Source: Candidatus Micrarchaeota archaeon
GTDB taxonomy: Archaea > Micrarchaeota > Micrarchaeia > Norongarragalinales > Norongarragalinaceae
Reading direction: 5' to 3'
NCBI GenBank assembly: GCA_037444485.1
Contig: JBBIMI010000001.1
Location: 50,110-114,109, forward strand
Length of the DNA stretch: 64,000 nt
In this document: in pieces, positions 10,166 to 19,373 of the stretch
Layout of the letters: each line of letters starts with the position of its first letter
Position numbering within the stretch: the stretch's first letter is position 1
The notes under the pieces: model-generated
Database searches by the model: none
Told to the model about the DNA's origin: nothing
The model's input: the letters and a program-made list of their open reading frames with translations, nothing else
Program-made: the position numbers and the translations under genes

Positions 10166-11212
10166 GTGACTGCTGGAATAATTGGTTACGGGACCGCAAT
10201 ACCGCGCTTGCGCATAAAGCCAAGCGAAATAGCGCGAGTGTGGGGTAAAGACGGCGAACGCGTAAGCGCGAGCTTGAACGTCAAAGAAAAAGCAGTCGCA
10301 GCCTTCGACGAAGATTCTTGCACTCTCGCTGTTGAAGCAGCGAGGGAAGCGCTTGAAACAGCGCGAATCAAGCCAACGCAAATTGGAGCCGTCTTCGTTG
10401 GAAGTGAAAGCAAACCGTACGCAGTCAAGCCAACTGCAACCATAGTCGCTGAAGCAATAGAAGCGACACCCAACCTCACTGCAGCCGACTTCGAATTCGC
10501 TTGCAAAGCAGGCACTACTGGAATTCAAGCACTCATGGGAATGACTGAAAGCGGAATCATTGATTACGGGATTGCAATAGGTTCAGACACTGCTCAAGGC
10601 AGGCCTGCAGACGCTCTCGAGTACACCGCAGGCAGCGGTGCAGGCGCTTTCATAATCGGAAAACAAGACCCTATTGCGACAATCGACGCTACCTTCTCGT
10701 TCACTACAGACACTCCGGATTTTTGGCGCAGGCAACACGCGGAATTCCCGCGCCACGCAGGCCGTTTTACTGGCAAGCCAGCCTTCTTCAAACACGTGGT
10801 AAGCGCGGCTCAAGGACTCATGAAAAAAACAGGTTTGACTGCAGAAGATTTCAATTACGTGGTCTTCCATCAGCCCAACGGCAAATTCCCGTTGGAAGCA
10901 GGCAAGATTCTCGGCTTCGAAAAACAAAAACTCGAACAAGGACTAATAACGCCTTACATTGGCAACACTTACAGCGGAGCTTCAATGATTGGGCTCGCAA
11001 GCGTCTTAGACGCCGCCAAGCCCGGCGACAAGATTCTAGTAGTCTCTTACGGCAGCGGCGCAGGCAGCGATGCGTTTGCTATCACCGTCACTGAAGCAAT
11101 AAAGCAATCCGGCCGCAGGCCGAAGAAAAGTGTTTTCGAAAAAATCCGCGACAAGGAATACGTTGACTACGCACTCTACGCAAAACACAGAAAGAAAATC
11201 AAGAGCTTGTGA
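10166..11212 (+). CDS. HMG-CoA synthase (archaeal type)
   Basis: VGSESKPYAVKP, EFACKAG, FHQPNGKFP, SYGSGAGSD. Confidence 0.95.
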   Translation: MTAGIIGYGTAIPRLRIKPSEIARVWGKDGERVSASLNVKEKAVAAFDEDSCTLAVEAAREALETARIKPTQIGAVFVGSESKPYAVKPTATIVAEAIEATPNLTAADFEFACKAGTTGIQALMGMTESGIIDYGIAIGSDTAQGRPADALEYTAGSGAGAFIIGKQDPIATIDATFSFTTDTPDFWRRQHAEFPRHAGRFTGKPAFFKHVVSAAQGLMKKTGLTAEDFNYVVFHQPNGKFPLEAGKILGFEKQKLEQGLITPYIGNTYSGASMIGLASVLDAAKPGDKILVVSYGSGAGSDAFAITVTEAIKQSGRRPKKSVFEKIRDKEYVDYALYAKHRKKIKSL

Positions 11213-11279
11213 GGAGATTAAATTGGGGTTGAGTGAAAGAAAAAAAATTTTCTTTATTTATTTAGGCTATTTACTGTTT

Positions 11280-11579
11280 ATGCTGAACTCCAGCGTGGCT
11301 GTAGCAAACCAGGAAAACCCGTTTAGAGAAATAACAATGATTTCAATGCTCGTTGCGCCGATTGCTTTCATAATCTGGTTGATTTACAAGATTGTGAATC
11401 CAGCTGACTCTCGAGCGCTTACAGTAATCAAAGGCAGCTTAATCTGGAGTTTAACAATCTTTTTAGGTTCCTCGCTTTACAACATTACTGTTTGGAAACC
11501 ACGATTCCCAATAACACCAGACTACGTTTACCGAGTTGATTCAATGGGCTTTAATCACATTTCCAGCAAGCGCTTTTAG
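11280..11579 (+). CDS. Small two-TM membrane protein, unknown
   Basis: Two hydrophobic segments; ATG at 11280; lies between HMGS and thiolase. Confidence 0.45.
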   Translation: MLNSSVAVANQENPFREITMISMLVAPIAFIIWLIYKIVNPADSRALTVIKGSLIWSLTIFLGSSLYNITVWKPRFPITPDYVYRVDSMGFNHISSKRF

Positions 11580-11638
11580 CCGCGCTTGAAATCAAAATAC
11601 TTAAAGCCAGTAAACAAGTTAAAAACAAAAAAAAGAAA

Positions 11639-12811
11639 GTGAAACTCATGCGCAAGGTTTCAGTAATAGGGGCTGCTTACACAAAGTTCGGCGAACACTG
11701 GGAAAAAAGCTTTAGAGAACTCGCCGTCGAGGCGGGCGTAAAAGCACTGCAAGACGCGCACATGGAAGGCAAAGACATTCAAGCGCTTTACGGCGCCAGC
11801 ATGGCCAGCGGCACGTTTATCGGACAAGAACACGTTGGCGCGCTCTTAGCAGACCAAATGGGTTTAAACCCGATTCCAGCAATACGTTGTGAAGCTGCCT
11901 GCGCCAGCGGCGGCGTTGCGTTCAGGCAAGCTTACCTCGCGGTTGCAAGCGGTGCTTACGACATCGTCGCAGTCGGAGGCGTCGAGAAAATGACTGACGT
12001 CAGCGTCGAAGAAGCCGCAACTGCGCTTGGAGGCGCGGGCGATCAAGAATGGGAATTGTTTTACGGCGCTACTTTTCCAGCGATTTACGCGTTAATGGCG
12101 CAAAAATACTTGCACGATTTTAATGCGAAAGAAGAAGAATTCGCTGCAGTAGCAGTCAAAAACCACTACAACGGCGCGAGAAACCCGCTAGCACAATACC
12201 AGAAAGAAATCACTATCGAAGACGTCATGAACTCGGGCTACATCGCCACACCACTCAAACTACTCGACTGTTCACCAATCACTGACGGCGCTGCCGCAGT
12301 CATCCTTTGCGCTTCAGAACACGCAAAGAAATACACCGACCAACCAATCGAAATAATCGCGAGCGCGCAAGCCAGCGACACGCTCGCGCTTGCAAGCAGG
12401 CACTGCCTCACAGAACTCCATGCTACTAAAGTAGCCGCGAGAGAAGCATTCAAGCAAGCCCGCCTCACGCCAAAAGACATTGACGCAGCCGAAGTACACG
12501 ATTGCTTCACGTCCGCGGAAGTGATGGCGATCGAAGACTTAGGATTCTTCGAGAAAGGCAAAGGCGCGAAAGCAACTAGCGACGGCGCGACTGCATTAAA
12601 CGCAGAAATCTCAGTCAACACCAGCGGCGGCTTGAAAAGCTGCGGCCACCCAGTTGCCGCAACCGGCATCAAGCAAGTATGCGAAATCGTGGAACAACTC
12701 CGCGGCGGCGCGAAAGAAAGACAAGTAAGCGGCGCGGAAATAGGCTTGACTCACAACGTTGGGGGCAGTGGCGCGACTGCGGTTGTCCACATATTCAAGA
12801 GAGGGGATTAA
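11639..12811 (+). CDS. Acetoacetyl-CoA thiolase (archaeal, SCP2-like)
   Basis: EAACASG, EVHDCF, GHPVAATG, HNVGGSG. Confidence 0.93.
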   Translation: MKLMRKVSVIGAAYTKFGEHWEKSFRELAVEAGVKALQDAHMEGKDIQALYGASMASGTFIGQEHVGALLADQMGLNPIPAIRCEAACASGGVAFRQAYLAVASGAYDIVAVGGVEKMTDVSVEEAATALGGAGDQEWELFYGATFPAIYALMAQKYLHDFNAKEEEFAAVAVKNHYNGARNPLAQYQKEITIEDVMNSGYIATPLKLLDCSPITDGAAAVILCASEHAKKYTDQPIEIIASAQASDTLALASRHCLTELHATKVAAREAFKQARLTPKDIDAAEVHDCFTSAEVMAIEDLGFFEKGKGAKATSDGATALNAEISVNTSGGLKSCGHPVAATGIKQVCEIVEQLRGGAKERQVSGAEIGLTHNVGGSGATAVVHIFKRGD

Positions 12812-13214
12812 AATTAGGCATGCTTTACCGTTGATTTGGCGCAGGATTCCAGAACGCTACAACCTACTCGGCTCAACATGCCAAAACTGCGGCGTTTCTT
12901 ACTATCCTGAACGCAAGATCTGTCCCAAATGCAGACGCCACGGAAAACTCGTTAAACAAAAAATGCCTCGTGAAGGCAAGATCGTCAGTTACACTCAAGT
13001 GCATGCTGCTCCAAAAGGCTTCGAGCACGAAACGCCTTACTGGCTGGCAATCGTAGAACTCGACAACGGCGCCAAACTAATGGCGCAAATCGTGGACTCG
13101 CCGAAAGAAAAAATCGTTGAAGGCGCGCGCGTGCAAGCCTGCTTCCGCAAAATATTTGAAGATAACGAAGAAGGCGCGATCGCTTACGGATACAAGTTTA
13201 AAGTCGTTTACTAA
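12759..13214 (+). CDS. DUF35 Zn-ribbon/OB-fold protein (thiolase-HMGS scaffold); true start probably near 12813-12831
   Basis: WRRIPERYNLLGSTCQNCG..CPKCR, C-terminal YGYKF; adjacent to thiolase. Confidence 0.9.
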   Translation: MGAVARLRLSTYSREGIKIRHALPLIWRRIPERYNLLGSTCQNCGVSYYPERKICPKCRRHGKLVKQKMPREGKIVSYTQVHAAPKGFEHETPYWLAIVELDNGAKLMAQIVDSPKEKIVEGARVQACFRKIFEDNEEGAIAYGYKFKVVY

Positions 13215-13248
13215 GCTTATTTTTAAATCCGTGGGAGAATAGAAAATT

Positions 13249-14022
13249 ATGAATGGCAAGGAAAAACGGCCAATCCTACTTGAGCTTGATGCGGTGCACC
13301 CTTGCTGGTGTATCGAGTCTATCAACAAGGTTGAAGGCGCGCAAATAAGCTTAGTCTCTCCTCTTGTTTCTGAAAAAGACGTTTCCTGCGGTTATTATGA
13401 ATTAAACGCGCCGAACGTCGACTTGTTTATTGACACGTTGAAAAAACATCCTTGGGTTAAAGAAATCCTTGTAATCGAGAAAACAAAAAACCATGCTTTC
13501 GCGCTGATAAGGTCGCAGCATGATAAGCTAATGATAGAAACAATGGTTAAAACCGGCGCTCTGCCGCTAGAGCCTACGCTCACGAAAAGCGGTTTCGACA
13601 CCGTAGCGTTAATCGTGCCAGACGACAAGACGCTTCGCGTGCTGGCCAGCGCATTGAAAGAGAATTTCGAGTACAAAATTCGGTTTAAAAAATATTTAGT
13701 GAAAGAAAAAAAAGTTGGTGGAGAAAGATTTGGCGGTACAGGATTGTTTTCGTCAACCGACTTCTTGAAATTGAAGCTTGCAACAGAAAGCCTCTCACCA
13801 AAACAACGCGAGGCTGTTATGCTGGCTTCAGAAAAAGGCTATTGGGCAACTCCAAAACGCGTTGATCTAGAAGAACTCGCACGCCTTGCTGGCATAAATA
13901 AAGCGACATTCAGCGAACACTTGCGTAAAGCTGAAATAAAACTACTTCCGATCATTGCAGACTTGCTGAAAAAACTCGTCTTTAAAAATCCACCAGCCAG
14001 CGCTGGCGCAAGACCAATATAG
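13249..14022 (+). CDS. Bacterio-opsin-activator-type HTH transcriptional regulator
   Basis: LSPKQREAVMLASEKGYWATPKRVDLEELARLAGINKATFSEHLRKAE; N-terminal HPCW. Confidence 0.85.
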   Translation: MNGKEKRPILLELDAVHPCWCIESINKVEGAQISLVSPLVSEKDVSCGYYELNAPNVDLFIDTLKKHPWVKEILVIEKTKNHAFALIRSQHDKLMIETMVKTGALPLEPTLTKSGFDTVALIVPDDKTLRVLASALKENFEYKIRFKKYLVKEKKVGGERFGGTGLFSSTDFLKLKLATESLSPKQREAVMLASEKGYWATPKRVDLEELARLAGINKATFSEHLRKAEIKLLPIIADLLKKLVFKNPPASAGARPI

Positions 14023-14044
14023 GGCCACACACACTAATTTAGTT

Positions 14045-15592
14045 ATGGAAGCAAGTCAACCAAAGCACTTCAGCGACGGCGACGAGTGGATGCTAGCTGA
14101 AGCCTTTCCAGGCATCGATTTTTTCTTTAGTCAAATTTTCTTGCATGCATTCGTCAACGACTTAGAAAACAGTGTTGGACGTAATTATTCGAAGGTTCTT
14201 GCAGTGTTCGATGGAAGCAAGGGATACCACATAGCTTTTTATTACGGCAAGCACGATTGTCTAGAGTTCACGCGGCACGTGCTCAACAAAATTGTTGCGG
14301 TCCCTTCATTCGGCGATGAAATAAACGCTAAAATCCGCCGCTACTCCGACGAGCTCGTGCAGCACGCTGCCAGCATCGCAAATCAAAACTTAGCATCTAA
14401 AACCAACGCTGAACTGTGGGAAATATTAAAAGAACACGTCGAACGGCACACGAAGCTCTACGAGTGGGGCTGGCTGTCAAACGCTACTGACATGTTCTAC
14501 CCCGAATACACGGATTACTTGAAGAATTACTTGCGCTCGAAAACAAACTCAGAAGAGCAAATTAACCAGTTGCTCGTGGCACTCACTGCACCTGAAGAAA
14601 AAAGCGAGGAAGCCAAACAACAAGAAGAATTCCTGCGCCTAGCCGCGCGGTTGTGGGAAGACAACTACCACCGCGAGCTGATAGCGAAAGCAAGCGAAAG
14701 CGAAATAATCGCTAGGTTAAAACCGTGGGCTAAGCAAGCGCTAGAGGAATTCCACGCGAAGTACGGCGTAATCGGCGCGCTCTACGTAGGCGAGCCTTTC
14801 ACGCTTGAACACTACGCATTAGAATTAAAACACTTATTTGCGAAAGGAGTCAGCCCACGCGAAGAGCTTGCCGCGCTCGATTCAGCGCTTGAAAAACGTG
14901 CGTTGGAAAAGCAAAGGCTATTGCACGAGCTTGAAGTGGATGAAAAGCACACGCGCTTGTTCGCAGTTTACGCTGGCTTCATGCTCACTAAATTTTACCG
15001 GCGCTACGCGCAAATCAGAGCGCTTTACGCGATGCGGAGTGTATTAAAGGAAATTGCCCGTCGTTTTGGAATCACGTTGAAACAAGCGCGTTTTATGTTA
15101 ACGCCAGAATACAAGCAACTACTCACGCAAGGTGGCTTTAACTTGATGCAATTGCGTGAGCGCGAGAAATTCTGCGTTCTTTACTCCGAGAAAGACTTCG
15201 ACAAAATCTTTGTAGGTAAAGAAGCGCGAAAGCTTGCCCCCAGCGCTGAGGAAAAACACGACGCCGAAGTGAAAGAACTGCGGGGGCAATGCGCTCGCGT
15301 AGGCAGCGCGCGGGGGCGCGTTAAAATAATTTTGAGTACAGCCGACTTGCCTAAAATGAGGCAAGGTGACGTGCTTGTTGCAATCGCAACGAATCCTGAT
15401 GTTGTGCCAGCAATGAAGAAAGCAAGCGCGATTGTAACTGAACAAGGTGGCGTGACTTGCCATGCGGCGATTGTTTCCCGCGAACTAGGAATTCCTTGTG
15501 TAATTGGAACGAAGGTTGCGACGAAAGTTTTAAAAGATGGTGATTTTGTGGAAGTAGACGCAACGAAGGGCATTGTAAGAAAAGTTGCTTAG
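14045..15592 (+). CDS. Protein with C-terminal PEP-utilizer phosphohistidine (swivel) domain
   Basis: GDVLVAIATNP...IVTEQGGVTCHAAIVSRELGIPCVIG; helical N-terminus with no recognisable ATP-grasp. Confidence 0.85.
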   Translation: MEASQPKHFSDGDEWMLAEAFPGIDFFFSQIFLHAFVNDLENSVGRNYSKVLAVFDGSKGYHIAFYYGKHDCLEFTRHVLNKIVAVPSFGDEINAKIRRYSDELVQHAASIANQNLASKTNAELWEILKEHVERHTKLYEWGWLSNATDMFYPEYTDYLKNYLRSKTNSEEQINQLLVALTAPEEKSEEAKQQEEFLRLAARLWEDNYHRELIAKASESEIIARLKPWAKQALEEFHAKYGVIGALYVGEPFTLEHYALELKHLFAKGVSPREELAALDSALEKRALEKQRLLHELEVDEKHTRLFAVYAGFMLTKFYRRYAQIRALYAMRSVLKEIARRFGITLKQARFMLTPEYKQLLTQGGFNLMQLREREKFCVLYSEKDFDKIFVGKEARKLAPSAEEKHDAEVKELRGQCARVGSARGRVKIILSTADLPKMRQGDVLVAIATNPDVVPAMKKASAIVTEQGGVTCHAAIVSRELGIPCVIGTKVATKVLKDGDFVEVDATKGIVRKVA

Positions 15593-15638
15593 AGCTTCTT
15601 TTCTTTTGATACATGGTAGAAGCAAATTGCAGTAAAGC

Positions 15639-16781
15639 CTATTTGAATTCAGTTAAGCGCTTTTGTCTTAAAATCCTGCTTTTGGCAAGATAGGCTTCAA
15701 GCGGATTCTTCAAACGCTTTTCTAATTCACTCAAAGCCTCTTTCAAAAAAGAAAACTTTAAGGATTTTCCTTTGAACGCGCGGCGAACGTTTTCCCTAAC
15801 CTGCCAAACCCCGAGAGGAATCGCGTAGCCTTCACCAATTTCTCGAAAAACAACGACTCGCGCCTGCAACCGCATTTTATGTAAAGCTTCAACAACTGCA
15901 AAGCGTCCAGCATAATAGCCGCCGCCTTCGCTTTCAGCATAATCGCTTCTTCCCTCGAAAGGCTCGTACTCGTGCGCGATTCCCAGCGCGCTCGCTGCTT
16001 CAGGCGAAAACCAAGCCTCGAATTGCTCGAACTCCCACTTGCCTGGCACTAACAAAATTTCGAAGTGATTGTAAAGAAACTCGCTCGAATAAATGCGGAC
16101 CTCACTCAATTCAGGAAAACCACGCACTTCACTCAAAAAAAAGTCTGCAAGCATCTTGTCGGTGGCAGTAATCCCCCACTTTGTTGGAACAAGTTTTTTC
16201 TCTCTCCCAAGAATCCCGGCTGAAAGCAACTTTTGTACGTAATAAAAATCGAGTCCAGCACTCACGAGTTCTGGAAGCGCCTCGCGAACCAACAACTGGT
16301 CTTCAACAATCGAATCAATTTTCTTTGGAATGCTTGGGTTTCCTGCAATCCGCAGCGACTCGACCTCACCAGCAGGCCCCATCGGCTGAACCCACTGCGA
16401 GAAAGTTACTTCTCCCCGCAGCGGCTTCTCGAATTCAACCTCCAAATCAACTGGTTTAGTCGAAAGCACTACATCCTGGATTTCGGTGAAAAAACGCTCA
16501 GGACGTTTAACGTTCTGCCTATTCGCTCCACGAGCCAACGAAGAACGAAACTCGACGAGTTCAGAATAAGGCCTGCCGAACCACTTGCCAGGCGAATCAC
16601 ATAATTCGGCGTCTACTTCGTCATCAAAACCCACTAACGGGCCTGCTGAGACATTGGGGTAATTGTTGTGACCAACAAAAACGTTCGGCGGGCTGGGCCC
16701 AAAAACGCTTTTCACGCTCTTAAAAGGCAACGGGTAAAGTAGCTTTAACTCTTCAACCCGCTCTCTAGAAGAAAAAACCAT
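15639..16781 (-). CDS. nreA: Nre-family DNA repair protein
   Basis: GPSPPNVFVG, LVPTKWGITATD, GGYYAGR, PLGVWQVRE; C-terminal PIP box QKRLTEF. Confidence 0.88.
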   Translation of the reverse strand: MVFSSRERVEELKLLYPLPFKSVKSVFGPSPPNVFVGHNNYPNVSAGPLVGFDDEVDAELCDSPGKWFGRPYSELVEFRSSLARGANRQNVKRPERFFTEIQDVVLSTKPVDLEVEFEKPLRGEVTFSQWVQPMGPAGEVESLRIAGNPSIPKKIDSIVEDQLLVREALPELVSAGLDFYYVQKLLSAGILGREKKLVPTKWGITATDKMLADFFLSEVRGFPELSEVRIYSSEFLYNHFEILLVPGKWEFEQFEAWFSPEAASALGIAHEYEPFEGRSDYAESEGGGYYAGRFAVVEALHKMRLQARVVVFREIGEGYAIPLGVWQVRENVRRAFKGKSLKFSFLKEALSELEKRLKNPLEAYLAKSRILRQKRLTEFK

Positions 16782-17099
16782 TTTTACCGCTAAAGTAGTG
16801 AGAAAACCTAGTTTAAAAAAGCATTCAAACCCTCCTGCCAGTGAAAACACCAGAATGCCCCTAATAGATATCACATAAATATCTTTCAAATACCTCTTAC
16901 AACTCATTAAAGAACTAGAATTGTATTATAAAAGGCTTTTAGGAGACTTTTAATCTACCTCTTTATGTAACTATTTGTTTTAACTATTTGTCACTTACAC
17001 CGCGTAAACGGCACCGAAAGGTTTAAATATGGCTTTTGCGTTGTTTGTAGACTGCTTTGAGGCAGACTGGCTTGAAAACAGGGTTTGTGGGGGTGTGAA

Positions 17100-18278
17100 G
17101 TGACTGAAGTTTTTGAAGCAAAAGAAAAGCTCTTGAAAGAATTAGGGTGGTCTGAAAACCCGTTCGTCAAAGACCTGCGTACGAGTGATAAGGAGAGCTT
17201 TCTCAAATATTACAGGCCATTCGAAGCCGCTACAATACTTCAAAAAATGGCTTTCGATTCTAAAGCCTGCCTATTGCTCGGGCCCAAGGGAGTTGGAAAA
17301 ACGTCTGCATTATACTATGTTTTATACTCCCTGCCTGTAGAAGAGTTCGACGTAGTTTTTTTGAAGGAACCGCCGCAGAATTTGATGGGATTAGCTGGCG
17401 AACTAGGATATCCAACAAGGGGTGGTTTCGTAGAATCTATTTTAAGTGTTTTCGGCCGAACGCGTGAAAAAACTGTTTCCCGCGCCGAGTTAATAGATTG
17501 GTTAAAAAAACGAGGCAAGAAACTGGCGCTTTTCGTTGACGAAGCGCATTTGGAAAAGAACCCGGAAATGTTCATGGAATTCAAGTACCTGCTCGACGAC
17601 GTGCCAAACCTGCGCATGATTATTTGCGCTCTAGGCAAGGAAGGATTTCCGGACTCGCTGATTCAACTTATAGGCGAGAATAACGTGTTCCAGCGAAAGG
17701 GATTCGATGAAAAGGAAATGATTGAAATCATTAGTCATCGCATTTCCGCAGTTGGGGGAACAGGCTTGAAGCCTTTTCCAGAAGCTTTTTTGAAGGAAGT
17801 CTTCAGCGACCGCAACCTTCTCTCACCACGCTACGTGTTCGACGAGCTTAACGCGTTTCTCGCGAGCCTCGCACTCGGTAAAAGCAAGTGGAAAGGCGCT
17901 GTAGAATACGCGAACGACCCAATCGTGCAAGCAGCCATCGCGCGTTCGCTGGAGGAAGAACGCGAAGCCAAAATAACTACTAGTCACGCTGATTGGTGGG
18001 TGCTCTTGACTCCGTCTCAGAAAACAGTGTTGGAAACGTTGTTGAAGGCTGGAGGTAAGGGCTTGACTCTAAGCGACATTCGTGCTCAGACTAAGCTCAG
18101 CGAGAATACTGCCTTCAATGCACTCTACCAACTCCGCGGTGACGATGAAGCTGAGAAGAAAAGAAAACCGGAAGTGCCGTTCCCGCTAGTACGGGTGCAA
18201 ACTCGCCTGGTGGGCGGCAAGAAAAAAAACGTTTACGCGGTCGACGAGAAAATTAAAAACTTGTTTACAATGAGTTGA
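17100..18278 (+). CDS. P-loop AAA-type ATPase with C-terminal winged HTH
   Basis: ENPF, Walker A GPKGVGKT, Walker B LFVDEAH, HTH-like LTLSDIRAQTKLSENTAFNALYQL. Confidence 0.75.
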   Translation: MTEVFEAKEKLLKELGWSENPFVKDLRTSDKESFLKYYRPFEAATILQKMAFDSKACLLLGPKGVGKTSALYYVLYSLPVEEFDVVFLKEPPQNLMGLAGELGYPTRGGFVESILSVFGRTREKTVSRAELIDWLKKRGKKLALFVDEAHLEKNPEMFMEFKYLLDDVPNLRMIICALGKEGFPDSLIQLIGENNVFQRKGFDEKEMIEIISHRISAVGGTGLKPFPEAFLKEVFSDRNLLSPRYVFDELNAFLASLALGKSKWKGAVEYANDPIVQAAIARSLEEEREAKITTSHADWWVLLTPSQKTVLETLLKAGGKGLTLSDIRAQTKLSENTAFNALYQLRGDDEAEKKRKPEVPFPLVRVQTRLVGGKKKNVYAVDEKIKNLFTMS

Positions 18279-18331
18279 CGTTTAAACATTCAAGCTTGCA
18301 TTCTTGGTTTTGGATTCTAGGAGGTGGAAAA

Positions 18332-18484
18332 ATGGATTACGGCGAAAAAACTATTGCTGAAGTCTTTAGAGAACTCGCTGCAAGCAACGCTGCCTTCAAA
18401 TTCGCTGCTCGAGGCGACAACGTTAAAGTAAGCGTGGACGGACTGCATTCCGCATTAGTTCGCCGCATTAGTGTCCGTTATTAG
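18332..18484 (+). CDS. Small hypothetical protein (50 aa)
   Basis: Strong GGAGGTGG SD before ATG 18332. Confidence 0.55.
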   Translation: MDYGEKTIAEVFRELAASNAAFKFAARGDNVKVSVDGLHSALVRRISVRY

Positions 18485-18529
18485 GCGTTTGTTATAGTTG
18501 TTTGTTATAGTTGGTGGGGGTGAAGTTGA

Positions 18530-18766
18530 TTGACTTCAAAAGTGTTTTCGTTGTACGACGCTGACAAACTCTTGCGTCAAGCAGGCGCGGAACGCGTGGA
18601 CGAGAAAGCGAGCAAGAAGCTTTGCGAGTTGCTTGAAGATTCTGGAAAAGAAATCATGCTTAAAGCGCGCGTGTACGCGCGGCACGCCGGTAGAAAAGAA
18701 ATCACTAAAAACGACGTTTTCCTTGCTGCTGGAATGCTGCAAGAAGTTTTAACAACGCGGGTTTGA
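18530..18766 (+). CDS. Archaeal histone
   Basis: KLLRQAGAERV...YARHAGRKEITKNDV histone-fold signature. Confidence 0.9.
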   Translation: MTSKVFSLYDADKLLRQAGAERVDEKASKKLCELLEDSGKEIMLKARVYARHAGRKEITKNDVFLAAGMLQEVLTTRV

Positions 18767-19022
18767 TGGCGCGAGTTTTTGTTGGTTTGTTTTTTGTTGG
18801 ACGTGATTTTGCTGGTTTAAGCGGTTCAGGGTGGGTTGAATCTAATTCTGTTGAACCGCTTGCTTTCAGGCAAAAAAAAGCCTTTTGAGCGGGCGTTTCT
18901 GTCCGCTCCTCATTCTTTTCACCTCTAAAAACTTGTTTACAAGCACAAACAAAAAGGTATAAATATAGTATTGCATAGTATTGACGTTTGTTGTGCTCTT
19001 GAATTGTTTTTGGGTGTTTTGA

Positions 19023-19178
19023 GTGGTTGAAGTGCTTATAGTTAAACTGCCTGATGGCACGAAGGCTGCGTTGAAGAAGGTGGCGCAGGACGGCGGGTAC
19101 ATGCACTTGAGTGATTTGGTGCGTGACTGGATTCGGCAGGGTTTGATGGCTGCAAAAAGTAAAGGATTAAACAGGTAA
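19023..19178 (+). CDS. Ribbon-helix-helix (CopG-like) protein
   Basis: Manual translation MVEVLIVKLPDGTKAALKKVAQDGGYMHLSDLVRDWIRQGL. Confidence 0.7.
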   Translation: MVEVLIVKLPDGTKAALKKVAQDGGYMHLSDLVRDWIRQGLMAAKSKGLNR

Positions 19179-19195
19179 AACAAACAAGACTGAAG

Positions 19196-19218
19196 GCGCG
19201 AGCGTTACGCGCTCGCGC
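19196..19218. terminator. GC hairpin between convergent genes
   Basis: GCGCGAGCG-TTACG-CGCTCGCGC. Confidence 0.35.
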
Positions 19219-19373
19219 AGTCTCTCGAGTATTTCGCCGACTTTTCTAGCGAGTATTAGAGCTTGTTTTTGCATGCGGTGATGCTGCAGAAAATAAAAAA
19301 ATTTTTTTTCGCTTATAGTTTTTTCGTTTTATTGTTTTAGTTCGTTTTATTGTTTTTTTAGTGAAAACTCGGC

